DNA from: Styela clava
Lineage: Eukaryota
Direction of reading: 5' to 3'
Length of the DNA stretch: 64,000 bases
Assembly (NCBI RefSeq): GCF_964204865.1
Contig: NC_135260.1
Span: 9,486,001 to 9,550,000 of the forward strand
Positions 39,758-54,700 of the stretch are shown here, piece after piece (the stretch's first letter is position 1; every line of letters begins with the position of its first letter). Below the pieces are notes generated by a model. That model did not search any database. It saw only the letters and a list, made by a program, of their open reading frames with translations, and was not told where the DNA came from. A program made the position numbers and the translations under genes.

Positions 39758-42700
39758 ATGATGGAACTGGATCCAGCTGTCGTGGGTAAGTGCGCTTGGT
39801 TTACTTTTGACCTATAAAGCAATTTAATGAGCCAGACTTTAAACGAGGAAACGCAATTTATGATAATGGTTGCGGGGTTACAACGCAAAGGTCTCATCGA
39901 GAACATCATAATGCCTATATGAATTTTAGCAATGGTCCCTATCTTTTATTGTTATAGCAATGATCCTGAAAAATTTATTCACATTATAAATTGTTGTGTA
40001 CTGCTTGTCTGAGAGTTTGACTTCCGTCAGAAGAAACATTATACAAAGGAAGTATGCGCACCAAGATGGCGCACAACCTGAACACAGTATGTGTGTACCT
40101 GTTAGGACTCAGGCTGTGCGACATCTTGGTGCGCATACTTCTGGAGCCCCAAATAAAGTTGTAAAAGTGTGATGCAAGACTTTAAACCACCCACCAAAGT
40201 ATAATTGTCCCAACAAATTAGTTTTAATTTCAAAAATTGTTTCTTCACGAGTTTAATCAAAATTGATGTTATTACTGAAAAAATTGCGTTTTGAAATTTC
40301 AGCATATAAAATCCCATTTATGCCAAAAATATTTCTGAAAGTGTAGGTAAAATTGCGCGTATGTCGCAAATTTCTAGCAAATTAGAAGTGTTTAGAATAT
40401 ACGAAAAGCAAAATTCAATAGACTACCTAAATATACGAATATTGACATTCCCAGATTGAAGTGAGTGAATTTGGTTGATTTCGTCTATATCAATAAGGCA
40501 ATATCGAATATAGCGACTGGTCTTTTGACGCTATCTTGTTGCCTCCAATAAGCAAACATACCAATTACAAAGTAATATCATATAACTTGAGTGCAGAATG
40601 TATAGCCCAACTCGTAATGTAAAAATGATTGCGACAATCATCATTTATTTACAGAAGCTTGGTTGGATGACCATCCTGAATTTACACACGAATATTTTCT
40701 GAAGAAGGGAACACGAACAATGGTAAACAATTGGTTGGCAGATCGTGTGATCAATCTTGCAGTGAGTGAATACAGAAGGAGTTTGCCAGGTGGACTAGCG
40801 AAGGTTCCATCAAGTACTGTAATATAATTGTTCAAAATTTGATTCTTCTGTGTCATATTGTTATAAATATCGGAAATGCATGCAGGTGGATCAAGACAAT
40901 AACAATTAATAATTGTTAGAAATCGTGGAACCATAGATATAGAACGAAAAATGACAGATGGATTTCATGCTCACTTAAAGACTGTTGTGTCAATGTGAAG
41001 TGAGATTCAATACGCAAACGCACTTAAAATGTCTAATTCGTTAATCTCTAAAGTTGTTTTAGTGTTTCATATTGGTGGTCCTAGTAAGATTCATATCTTT
41101 TCAACACAATCATTCACAATTAAAATTTGTTAATTGGCATTTTGATGACGTCATCGGGAATAATTTTGCATTTTTCACTTCGAATGTGGTTTGAAGTTTT
41201 GAAACTTTATCGTTATGTTTAAACTAAAATATGTTAATGAAGCATTTCGATCAAGAGCTCGTGTCTCGATGATAAGATAACAACTACTAATGGTTGATTA
41301 TTATTGGGTGTTGGGAATAATTGAAAATAAAAGAGTAAGTAGCGGTAAGAGCCCAGCCAGCCCATGACCCCAGTAAAACGAGATACGCATGCCTAGGAAG
41401 TGGGTATCTTGGTCATTTGTTCACTCCCCCACCTTTGCTTTATATGTCTCTATATTTTAGCATACATCATTCGTAAGATTGGGGTTAAGAATTGATCCAA
41501 AATCCAATTTATCATACTCGCTGTAGTAAATCGATCAGATTGCCCAAGACACATCTACATTTTTGCTATTTTCAGTAATTATTATAAAGAAATTTGCATA
41601 CTACGTCGTTACATACGATGCAAACAAGCAAGCTTTTATTTTGCTCAATAACACTAACCTTAAAAACCAGCGCGTTACTTGTACGAGAATAGAGGCTGGT
41701 TGAGGCAGGACCCATTCTTATGTTGTCCACAAAAAGAATGCAAGCCACATTGTACAAAAATTATATACTATAATATAAATACAAAATCTGTAAAGTAATA
41801 ATTCGGTAAACAGCAGATTCTGAAACGGTTGTTTTGAGAAGTCTGTATATTATCAGAAAAATAAGTCCAACATATTTTTCATTTTTTTTTTTCATTCGAG
41901 GTTGGAGTTGTAATGTGACCGTTAAGTGTTTTACATCGATTTAAATAATAATATCCACATGCATATATCAGTCACAAAGTATGATTTCCAAACAGTGATA
42001 TTATATTAATTCGAAAGTCTAAAGATCGCCAGGCGACTTACGTGCTATTCGAATACAATATATGCTTCTTGTGGTATTTGAACATTTTAAGTATTTAGTA
42101 ATTATTGGTTGATAGTTACCCTTCATAATCTTGTTATATTCTATTCTCTAAGCCGATTTCAAGTTAAGATATTATTTTATTTATTTGTTTTAATTTTCTA
42201 GCTAAGAAGGAGGATGGTGGGATTTCGCCAAAAAGTGATTCTGGAAGCACTGGCCGGAAGACACCAATGCGCAAGGTGTCAGCAGAAGAAATCAACCCGA
42301 AACATCTTCCACTCAAACCAATGATATCAAAAGACCAGCTGGGTTCTCCTAGTTTTTATGCCCCGGCAGAAACATCACCTATTCTAGCACGCAGGTGAGC
42401 TGTATGAAACAATCTTGCTTGTATTAAAAATCTGTGACTTCTTATCTGGCATTTTCGAGTCTTCAACATTTAGTTTGTAGAGTATCACAGCAGAAAATAG
42501 TTCATTTTTAAGAACATAATTGATGGATATCACGAAGGCCTAGTTCTAGAGTTTCAACTCTAAGATATGCTACAAATAATGTTTTTGCATAAATAACTAT
42601 TCATTCTTCTTATATGCGCTGCGTATAATGCAAGGATTCTGTAGCGTGAACGCAATTGGTAAAAGGAAAAGTTACAGAAATATAGTTGTGGTAATGTGGA

Positions 42701-45700
42701 ACGAGACTCGTTTCTTTTAATTTCTAAGTATTTTAAATTTACAAATATGTAAAAATCTATTTTCCGCCCCAAAAACCACGACCACTATGTATTTGTTTAA
42801 ATTATTTATCTTATCTTTTCCTTCACGGCGTAGTCCAGTAATGAACGAACTATATAGCAGCCTTTGGGCCGTATGCGCCCCTCCATGGCTTGAACAAAAC
42901 TCACGAATATCATTAGATTCGACACCGTCATATCCAATGGAAATAGTAACTGTGGTGTTACATGCCTCTCTTTGCAAAAAGGGGTTCTGAATGCGACCCA
43001 TGCAAAAAAAACTTTACCCCACCCCTGGTGTTGTTTATCTCACCTGCGCATTTACGAGCAAAAGCTGTAGTGAAAGGTTAACAGCATGTGGTAATTTTCG
43101 ATCACGGCTCTCTATTTTCTACATGCTTTCCATCTATTAATTTCAATACAAATACAGATCTTCTTCAGTCAAAAGAGTCACAGAAAGCAAGACTCGTCGC
43201 ATTTCTCATTATCATATGGACAAAGCAACTGCAGCAGAAACATCCTCGGGACTTTCGATCATAGACGAACGAGATATGATCATGGAACTTGTAAAAGACA
43301 TTGCGATGGACTTAGATATTACCTCAGTCAGTCACCGTATATTGCAGGTTCGCTGTTATATATGATTAAAACGTAAATTATTAAGGTGTTAAAAAGTAAG
43401 GAATTGTAAGTAGGCTTAGTATGTAGCACTCTAAATACAACATTACTGATTGTAGATCTCAGAGACTCTACTAGAGCCTGATAATCAATTGCTATTTTGG
43501 TCTTATTCTCAGGTTGTTGCCCCATAGATAAACAGAAAATGAGTGCGCCCAAATTACTCAATAACTGTTGCTTAGCTTACCGGCACAACAGAATGTAGTA
43601 ATATTAATTTATTTGTTCATTTTAATCACAACATGATCAAAATAGACAATACAACTGATATTCGATACCTAATTCATCCAAACGATTAAGAATGCAATAC
43701 CGATATATCGGTACAGTTCCATAATTCCGTTCCGTCTTTTCTCGAAGTAAACATATAAATCACAATCAAGTATGGTCCACGACTAAACGGCGCGATAAAC
43801 CGATGAAACATGCTTTATGCTTGCCTGCTTTCAGGATTAAAATAGAAAAAATACCCTGCGTCAGTACGTGATGAATTTCATACTCTTGCGTCCTAATTTT
43901 CGTTTGTTTATCAACAAACACAGACCAGCTATATCAGTATCGATTATCGTAAAGATAAAAATTAAAATAATGTGATAAGAATCGTAAAATAAATAAAATA
44001 GAAATTTCTAACTATACAATGACATCTGGGAAATTTAGAAAAAAAAAACAGTAAACTCAATGATAAATGAGAGTCATTTACAACCGGTCAATTCACTGTC
44101 GACGTAACGTCTGAGTAATGTGCTATAACTAAAATGAGCTACATGAACGCGAATTTAGGCTAACTTATTGTGTTTTTTTTAACTATTAGTATAATATTGA
44201 TATTATGTATTATATGGTATTCATTATATATGAATATGTATATTATATATATGTATTAAATGTGTATATATGTGTAAATATGTATTGTAAGCATATTATA
44301 AGTGGGCAACTAAAAAGTCTTTTATGCTTGTTTTGAACTGTAGCGTACCTAATTGTTCACCAAAGTATTCAGTTATTTCAATATTATACGGTGAATACTT
44401 TATCATAATTAGGAAAGCATTACTGGCCATAACAGTAAAATCCTAAATAGAGAATACCAGTAACGTCCACCGCCGTGCTTTTTACTTGAATCTTATCGTA
44501 AAAAAAATCGTTATTTTTTGTTTAGAATGTCAGCATCCTACTCGAAGCAGACAGATGTTCTCTCTTTTTAATTCGAGAGAAAGACGGAGAAAAATTTTTG
44601 GTCAGTCGATTGTTTGATGTAAATAAGGTAAGAGAAATTGATGAACTGTCAAAATAACAATCTTATTCTCTATTATTATTTTAATATAGTCTGATAATTA
44701 AAATTGAAAATGGGAAAGTTTTATTATAATGGGTTTATTGATTTCGAAATCGATTATTTTTCCGATTTAATCATATTACTGGGTGTTATGTGGGCTAAGT
44801 CACTATAGTATATGATTGGCTGCCCCCAAAATCAACAGACCGTTTATATGGAAGACCATTCAAATAGATGATCATGCATTCATCTCGGTTCCTAATTTTG
44901 TTAATTCTTGAAAATAGAAGTTCAAGTTTGTTTACCAACAAAAATCAGATCGGATACTGACAAATCTTCCATGTTATTTACATTCGGATGTCTCTTTGCC
45001 AATACACTGTAATGCACTGTAATCTTTATATTTGGTATAATTCGTTGTTATCCAGGATTCGTCCCTTGAAGATACCATGGTTCGTTCTAATGAAATCCGT
45101 ATCGACCTTGGACAAGGAATTGCAGGAGTTGTTGCTTTGACAGGAAAGACATTGAATATTCCAGAAGCTTATAAAGTAAATTGGTGTTAACTAAATATCG
45201 TTTTTAATGGCTGAACTATTCTGCATCTTTGCAAAATACGCTTCATTTATTCATTCAATACAAGTATGGCAAATTGGGACAAGTATGGCAAGTGAAACAA
45301 GTGTTCTAAATCGGTACAAATGAGACACGGTATTTTTGAGACATCGGGCGGATGTTACAAAGGCAATTTTGTTCGAATAGTTTCATATCATGTCCAGAAA
45401 TCTGACAAATCAAAATGTAATAATTTTATGTTTCTCAGGATTCCAGATTCAATCAAGATGTTGATAAAAAGACTGGTTATATCACCAGGAGTATATTATG
45501 TATGCCGATACGAGATAGCGTAAAAAGGGTGAGTTATAGGCGGAATTAAGTATCGAATTTTTCAAATAACGTCTACTGTATTTTTTAGTTGGATGCACGG
45601 TCTTTGCACTCTTTTAAAAGTAATGACACTCTTACAGAAACTGAGTTATAGCGTCCGCTAAGTTTTAAAAATATTAACTCCTTAGTATACATAACACTTG

Positions 45701-48700
45701 AAGTAGTTTAAGTCAACCCGGCAAACAAAGTAGCAATATTATATAGATATAACATCATATATGTAGATATTCGTAATTGTCATAGCAGAAACACAACTAA
45801 AATTCAACCATCTATGCAATTTACGCCATGTTCTTATAAATCATTCAAGTTTCGAATTGTAAATCTTTTATTTTATAGTCATTGTAAAATACGCAATAAA
45901 ACTTTACAATCGTTATGCCAGTCACCTTGAATTATCAAATATGGTTTTAAAATAAATCGTAAGGTCGTAAAAGATGTGGTGGAATGTGTGTGAGCGGAAC
46001 CATAAAACGGATTATATTTATTGAGTTTGTTCAGTCATCTAAGATTAAGAAGGCACACGTTATTATCGCAGCATATTATACGAGTGGCGAATCCGGTTGT
46101 CTATTACCTATACTAGTTCTTCAGATTCTCGCGCCCAATGACTTAAAGATAACTCACAAAGAAAAGGCGAAACACTAAAAGAGAGCACAATAAAAAATCA
46201 TTATGTTCAATATTTGGCTTCTCCTGTAGAATTAACGTATAGCAATATAAACTGTTTTTCTGAAATGACATACCAGATCGGTTATTTGTTGATCGCAAAT
46301 TTTATATGTATTAATAAATTTCTTCAATTTTGTTTTTTGTTTTTTATGCCTCTGATATAATGTCTATCTAAATGAAGACGCTCGTGCAGTGTGTAATGCC
46401 AATTTCATTTTCTGAGAATATCATTTCAATAGATTGTTGGTGTGGCTCAAGTAATAAACAAACAACATATAGATGGTAATTCTTATTGCGCTTTTACTGA
46501 GAGGGATGAGAAGATATTTGCTTCGTATCTTGGATTTTGTGGGATTGCTATTCACAACGCACAAATATTTGAAAAATCTCAACTTGAAAACAGGAGAAAC
46601 GAGGTAACGTTATTTTTTTAAATCAGTTTTATTTTGTTTCATTTTAATTGAACTAAAAATGGTTACCAAATCCGAATCGATTCTTGTTCATAAAGCAATT
46701 GGCTTGAGTATAATTCATTCAAGCTGAGTCTGAAGTATTTGCACAATTTATTTTTAAGTCTAATACGATCATCGTATCATTTTAGTGGCCCTACCTTTAA
46801 TATTCAATTCAAGGCCGACTACATATTTATTGGAATTGCTTTTAAAGCTCCGGCGATACTAAATTACACCTGTATCGTACATGTCGATAATAAAGTAATG
46901 TGTACGGATGGCTTTGGGCTGGCACATAATAAAATAACGTGATTTTGGCTACTATTTTTCCTGCTGGTCTTTGTCAATTTAAACTGGTATCCATGACTCA
47001 CCCATCATCTTTATCTATACTGTGCTCCATGTTAAATAGATATCCCAACTAATTAAATCACATTAGCCCCAAAAAGGTAGGTATTGGCCTCTTATGTTTT
47101 CGCCAATTTGCAAGTTTCTAAATACACGCAATTACCCTGAAACCAAAATTGAAATTGAACGTAAAATGCATTTACACTTGACATTTACTCTTTATGTAAT
47201 TCATTCTAGGTTCTTCTCGATCTTACAAAAGTACTTTTCGAGGAACAAAGCTCGTTGAATCTGGTCATGGAAACAATATTATTGCACACTACTTCATTGC
47301 TGAATTGTGAAAGAGCATCTGTTATGCTAGTATCTTCAGAAGCTGACAGTGAGTGCGGTTCGTTTCTCCCCAGATATCACGACGATATGTCTAATAAATT
47401 GCACATGAGATCAATCAGGAACCATGTCCACTACGCCACCTAAATCAAATTAAAAAACGGATGGCATTCATGAACTTGGCTATATTTTTTCTTATTTGTC
47501 TGCTCCTATTGTAAAACTGACAGCTGTTACTGATTATGTGAATGAAAAAACGGCATTATCCAATTCTGAGACTAATAAATGTAATTAATAAAACATAAAA
47601 CCGTTCCGTCCTCACCAAACTCGTATGAGCATTGCCATACTTGTCACATTTGTGTGGCTTTTACCTTTTTGCCCAAGAGTATGGCTGAGAGTAGTGCAAT
47701 TTTGTGCCAGATGTCAAAGCGCGCGTTTCTTGAGATCCTGTTCTCCATATGCCACACTACACAGATATGATATAATTTTTCCCAGGTATATTTTGGTCGA
47801 TACTATCAAATTGAAAACTCTCCCAATTAATTGACAGTGGAAACAATTTTTCATAGAATAGGAAAATTTTTAATAATAATGTGGTCGAAAGTGGAACGCA
47901 AACGCCTAATAAATTGTGGTCAGTTGTGACCCTATTTTTGTAATTTAATATTACTTAATAGGTTTGACAAAATTAAATTTGTCAAGCTTAGTATAGTAGC
48001 ATATGTGCAATTATTACATATCGTAACTATATATTTTAACAGATGTTTTCAGTAAAACATTCGAGCATGTTTCTGGCGATTGGGAAGACAATGACGTCAA
48101 CGATTCTGACGTCAAACCCAACAGACGCAAGGTGCCTTTCAACGTCGATATCACGATGTACGTGCGTCAGACAGGAACGGTAAGCAACACTTTTCCTTTG
48201 TGTACCAAAATTCGCAGTAAATGATGAAAATATACCTTATGGCGCAAAAAAATACAACCAACAGTATTTGGTAAGAAATAAATTATTCATCAAAGTCGCA
48301 AATAATCACTACAACTTTTCAATATTTAATTTGGTTGCTATTGGATGTATATTACAAAACTTAGAAACATAATTTTTTCTCAACGGAATTTGGCTCTGAC
48401 CAGGCAAATGCATTGTTTTCCATTGACAAGAGAATAAGTCCAACTCTTAAGGGAATGAGGGCTCAATGCAATAAATAATTCGTAGGTAGTTACGTAACGT
48501 TTTTTATTTTCAAATAATTCTAACAAATTACCGAAAAAATGTTTTAATAAATATTGACTAAAATTAGGATTAGGACTAAGATTAAAATTGTTTTATTTTT
48601 TATTTTTATGGTTTTGTAGGCAGTTAACATACCCAACGCATCGAAAGAAAAAAGATTCAGTTTTTCAGTAAGTGTGAAGTTTTTAGGTTTGGTATTAGTA

Positions 48701-51700
48701 CTGGGTGACCAATAAAAAATAGAACCATGATTTTTTTATAATATCTCTTTTATTTCGGTTGAATTTCTGTTTGTGCATAATTGAGTCAAAAAGTTCCAGT
48801 AATCTTGGACGCTTTGCACAAAAGTTATGTTCACTCTAGAATTTGTACCAAATGACCTGGGCTTTGTTTTTTGAGATCGCCTATAAAAATTAAAAGTTCA
48901 TCTTTACTTTGCCATTATTGATGAGAAAATTCAACTAATGATATATTTATATATTTCCTATATATATATATATGAAAACATAAATTGAGAGATTACTGTG
49001 GGCATTTGATGTTTTTATAAAAAAAAACTGTGTTTTGTATATGACTTAAACAAAAAACAGTGCTTACGCTTAATTTTAAAATTGCGTTTGATGTTTACAG
49101 GAAGATGCCGAGCTTGGAATTAAAACGCATAGCTTAATATGCATGCCTATCAGAAATGCTTCGCATAAAGTTATGGGTGAGTCATTTTTTTTCTAAATGG
49201 CTTGCATAAAATAAGAAATATTTATATCAGTAATAGAACAATCTGAAACAAACACCGAGGTAATATAATAGTTTTGATATTGATTTAAGCTAGAACTACG
49301 CGGTTAGGGAAAAGGCCAATCGGAAGAGAATTTCTACCAGATAGTTTCACAATCAAAATGATAATGTTTAACTAATAGTCAAAATAATTTGATATTGTTA
49401 TACTGAGTAAATACTGTTTACTTTCCAGGTGTAATACAGTTAATAAACAAGAATTTGGGAAGGGGTGGATGTTTTTCAACAAGTGATGAGCAATTATTGG
49501 AAGCATTCAGTATATTCTGTGGACTTGGAATATGTCAAGCCTCGCTTTACGAAGAAAAGGCAAAATTGGTGGCAAAGCAAAGCGTCGTTTTAGAGGTAAA
49601 TATTGCATATTAGTTAGCGTAATAATTATTTTCACGTGACAAATACCAGTTTCCAGCATATGATTAATTTATATGATATATAGGATACGGCTTGTTTGCA
49701 AATAACTGTATTTTAAATCTTTTTGTAGGTGCTCTCCTATCATGCAGTGAGTTCGTTGGATGAAGCTTCACAAATAGAGGTAACATTTTTTCGGCCATTG
49801 AAAATGTTTTTTTAGTAGATATGCCAACTATTACCCAGTGTACTAAATATCAATATATAAGCCGGTAAATAGTCAATTTCAATCCCTACATCAGTTATTG
49901 TTGTGCATTCCACTGTTGGTCATTGTGGGCAGTCAAATCTAAAAATTAATCATAAAAATTCTTTGTTGATTAATTTGAATCAACTTCAGAAACGTGTAGG
50001 AATTACTGATCAGGGATGTATTTTAGGTACTCCCGAAGTATGTGAACCAAGATGGCGGACACCGGAACGTAGTATGTGCACCAGGTTAGGGTTAGGCCAT
50101 AATTTCAGGTACAAATACTACGGGAGTCACTTGGCTAGTCCCCGAACTTGTATTAGAACTAAAATAAGGAAAATTGGAATAAAATTATGGCCTAACTCTA
50201 ACCTGGTACACATACTACGTTTCGGTGTCCGTCATCTTGGTTGACATACTTCGGGAGTACCTTATTTTGTCGTTTTCGGGGAGAAAATACAGAAATCCTT
50301 TCCTTTGTATTCGAAGTAGCTTCACTAATATTATTCAGGTATTTATCACTATTGTAATATATACTTATTTGCACATTATAAACTATTCAAACGGTGCAAA
50401 AGCCAGACTTCAATTTGAGCATAACATCAGCTAAAGATTCTTCGAAGGTCATACAAATAAGGAAAATATAGTTTTCACGCATAGTCAAGGAGAATTAGGA
50501 CTCTCAAAATATCCAAATTAGGCAATGGAGGAATGTATAGAACAAGGTTCGAAACCCCTGCCTAACATTCAGAACGTATTAATTTATAATATGAAATAGC
50601 CTTTTCCAAAGGGCGTAATTCTCGATTTCCATTTCAATGTTTTCTTATTTCCAGGATTCTATCATACCTTCGTCTAAGAGTTTGGGGCTTTTCAGCTTTG
50701 GTTTTGACGATGAAAAATTGGGTGACGATGATACATTGACAGCTTCGATTCGAATGTTCATGGATTTAAATTTGATCGAAAGATTCAAAATAAACAAAAA
50801 CGTAAGAATACTTGACTTTTTACATTTTTTTGGAATCACATATTTGTACACTGCACACTAATGATTACTTACTTATGTGTATAAGTTGTTGCGATTAGGC
50901 AGCGAATAAATAGCAAACCCAGAATTTTTAGTATTCAAAAATTATACCTATTTCTATTTTAAATTTGTAGATTTTGTGCCGTTGGATATGCAGTGTAAGG
51001 AAGAACTACAGGCCTGTAAAATATCATAATTGGAGACATGCATTCAATGTTTGCCAGGTAACAATATGTTTATAAATTAGAGATTACGTCGTTGCTTTTC
51101 TGAAACTTGAATCTCAGTGAGTGACTTCTATTATTTTCTTTATGGTTTTGCGCCGGTGGACACATATGCATATAAGATAGGATTTACATATTTATCCCGC
51201 GGAGGAGAAATCCGATAAGACGTCCTAATCACATGGCGAACCCCGGCCTCTCTCGTCCGTTTACCAGTCCCCGACGGGTATGAGATTAGTTGGCCAGTTG
51301 TTTGTTTCAGATGCATGGTGTTTCAGATGATGGTGGAGGAAACCAGCGGTTACGTGAATGAGGAGTCCAGCAATCTTCTCACACATAATTATCCCGGCGT
51401 AATTCAAAACTGCGAACCCACGCAGGCTAAGTAACGGTGCAATAGTGAGCGTTTTTCTATCGCTTAACACTATGTGCCACACCGCCGATGCAACGATGTT
51501 GTAGCAAGAGTGGAGATAACATTTCTAAGTTATTCCAGAGTCTTGTTGTCCACTAAAACCACTATATTTCCCACTTTTGTATCACTTAGAATTGCATGCA
51601 TCATTGTTCTGTTTCAGAGCATGTTTTGCATGATAAAGAGCGGGGGAATCGGAGATTACCTGGATGATTACGAACGATTATCTCTGCTTGTTTCATGCTT

Positions 51701-54700
51701 ATGTCACGATCTTGATCATAGAGGAACAAATAATGCATTTCAAGCCAAGTAAGAGTGTTTGTAAAGTTACAGAATCAAAAATTAATAAAGTGGCATAAAT
51801 TAAGTGGAATTTGGCAATATGTCAATGTTGCGTATTCTCATGTTTCCAATATTCTAGTTTGAATCGACATTTTTCATACCAGATATTTTTTGTGTTTCAT
51901 GTTACATTTACCTTCGTTACATGACTCCTAGGTTAAAAAGTTGAAAATGCCAAGCTTATATTTCCTATAAGTATTGTAACCTTCAGCCACCTTCTAAACT
52001 TATTTATTTAGGCTTAGGCTTGTTTCTAAGTTACCTTAGGTTGAACTTGGTTGATAGAATTTGTTGTTTCCAAAATAACCAGTGCTTTGTTTTGAAATCG
52101 TAATACCTTCTGTATAACTTATTCTGTTCATGGAATCTGGTAAACTGTTTTTTACTAATATCTGCAGGATTGAGCATCCGCTTGCAAGATTATATTCAAC
52201 TTCAACGTTAGAACAACATCACTACGATCAATGTTTAATGCTTTTGCACAGCACCGGTGAGTTGATATTCTTTATAATTAACAATCCATTATTCAAGAAC
52301 GAACCTAGTTTACTCGTTTCAAGTACTGAAACAACTCGTCCCTATAGGGCTAGGCATTTCGAATCGTAAATTATTCCAGTCGGACAAGAATTTCGAATCG
52401 CCGGCATCTTGTTTTTTATTGTTCCCCATAGGTCGGGGTGAATGTGAATCCCTCAGTTTTTTTTTAATGAAGCTTTTTTGTAAAATGGAATTCTGACATA
52501 TGACTCTTTTCTTCCGAGTTATTGATAAAATATGTTTCTTTTATTGTGTGTGAACACTCAGCAAATAGCGTGATTGAAGGTTTCTATGTTTTCAGTAATT
52601 TATGAGTCTAAAAGACTCATTAGTAAAAATAGTCGCATGCAATTACATCTTTTCCAGTATTCAAGATTCGACTGGAAAAAAATATTTGATTCGATTTTAA
52701 AATCATCTGGTATTCGAAATTACCCAGCCCTACTCGCAACCCGTGTTATAAAACGATTAATTATTGAGTATTGGGAGATTACATATCCCGGCTAATAATA
52801 ATCGTGTTCAAAAAATCGATCGTAGAAAGTGGAACAGTGGTTTATTCATATTTTTTAACTGCAATAATCAACAGACGAATATCTCAAAACTTGGAATCAT
52901 AATCTCATGCACGTGGTTCGCTTTTGTTCTTTTGCCTCACTAAATTTTTAACAAAATTAGGTTTTTCCAAGTGCAAAATGTGTTCTCCAGGAAACACAAT
53001 AATAGCATGTTGAAATTAGAAATTCAGTTGCATATACACGTATGAGTTTTTATACATCGTTATCTTTCCAATACGACTAGTTTAGTTTTGTTGTATGTGT
53101 ACACATCCATAAGGAATACTTTAGTTATAATAATTGAAGTCGACCATGGCGTGTATCCATTTGAAAATGCAATGCAGGGATACATACTCCTTGGTACCGA
53201 CACGTCCCGTCTAATTCCGTCCTCGCCTTTCTTTGGAACTTTCAAATTTTCATTATATTTCATCAAGTACAGCCATTGCACAGAGCAACTTGCTCGTGTG
53301 CATACGTCCTGCATGGACACAGCCTCATTACAGACTTGTTCTGTTCACACGCACAAGAGAATAATAACGGATCTGATTGAATAAAACATATTCCTGTTGA
53401 CGAATCATAACTTGGAGCGTGACAAACTTCGTTTGCAAAAATAGGAGTTCTTCGTTTGTCGTTTTGCAAATATCCCGGTAGAGTTTCGAATACAGTGCAT
53501 TTTTGTTTTATACTATTTAATTGTACATCGTTGTTAATCAACGGAAAGAATGCGCGTTCGCAAGTTAAATTATATCTTGAACACACTGAAGCACACGATT
53601 CTCCATCTGAAGACATTTTTATCTGCAATATATACATCGGAAATAGGTTCATATTCAAGCAGTGGAGTCATACATACCATCTCATAGGGATTGAAAACCA
53701 GGTTGAACTAATTGAAAATTGATAATAATAGTTCTTTAGTGATTTTACTGTATAAACAATTTGTCAGACAATTTATGTGTCTACTAATTTTTTTTTGAAA
53801 AATAACGGATCTGATTGGAATTTTTTTTTGAAAAATTAAAAAACAAATTGTAATTTAAATACAAAAAATACAATTTTCTTCTGGAAAATTTTCCATTATT
53901 ACTTTGAAATCATGCTTATGCCAACTATTAAATATCACTGTAAAATATGTCAGAAAAGACATTAGTCTTAATGGTGCAATTTTACAATGTGCTTTCAGAA
54001 ACCTTTTTCTGTAGTTACAGAATAGTAAGATTATTTTGCAAAATCATACCCTTAGTGAAGACTTCGGTGGCCATATTGATGTATTTTGTTTCCATGTCAT
54101 ACCAGTATGAATATCAGCTTCCATCTGACTGTTACAAAAATCTTGATTTTCAATGAAAGAATTCACTCTCTGTAATTAACGTAGAAATGATGACTTTATT
54201 ATTTTCCTCTTTCGTTCCGAATAAAGCCCTGTACAAGCATTTACCGATATCTAACGATATGCAAAGAAATGGAATCTTTCCGGTTCGGCATTCGATGTTT
54301 CCGCGACCTTTGATCCCAGAGAAATCTTATAACAACTTTTTGATACTTATTTTGAGACTGTTTTAGAGAGTTGGCGCCTAAAACTGGTTTACGTGGTCTA
54401 TACTAATGGTCTGAAACCATTCTTTTTTAAAAACATTCTACCACGTTTCCTAATGCATGTACTGATAGCTAATTTCAGTCTAGTGTATTGCAGCTTATTC
54501 GGACTAAATTTTGATTATTGTAACTAAACAAAATCTCCTAAGAAGACTTAATGGCAATTAAATTATATGATTTACGATTCATTTTTGGAAACAAAACTGA
54601 AAACTGACAAATAACACGCAAAACCGCGAAAACGGGCCAAAATTTGCAACTATGCTTGAATATAATATGTCTCAGCGAAAGAAGTGTCTAAGCGGCTGCA

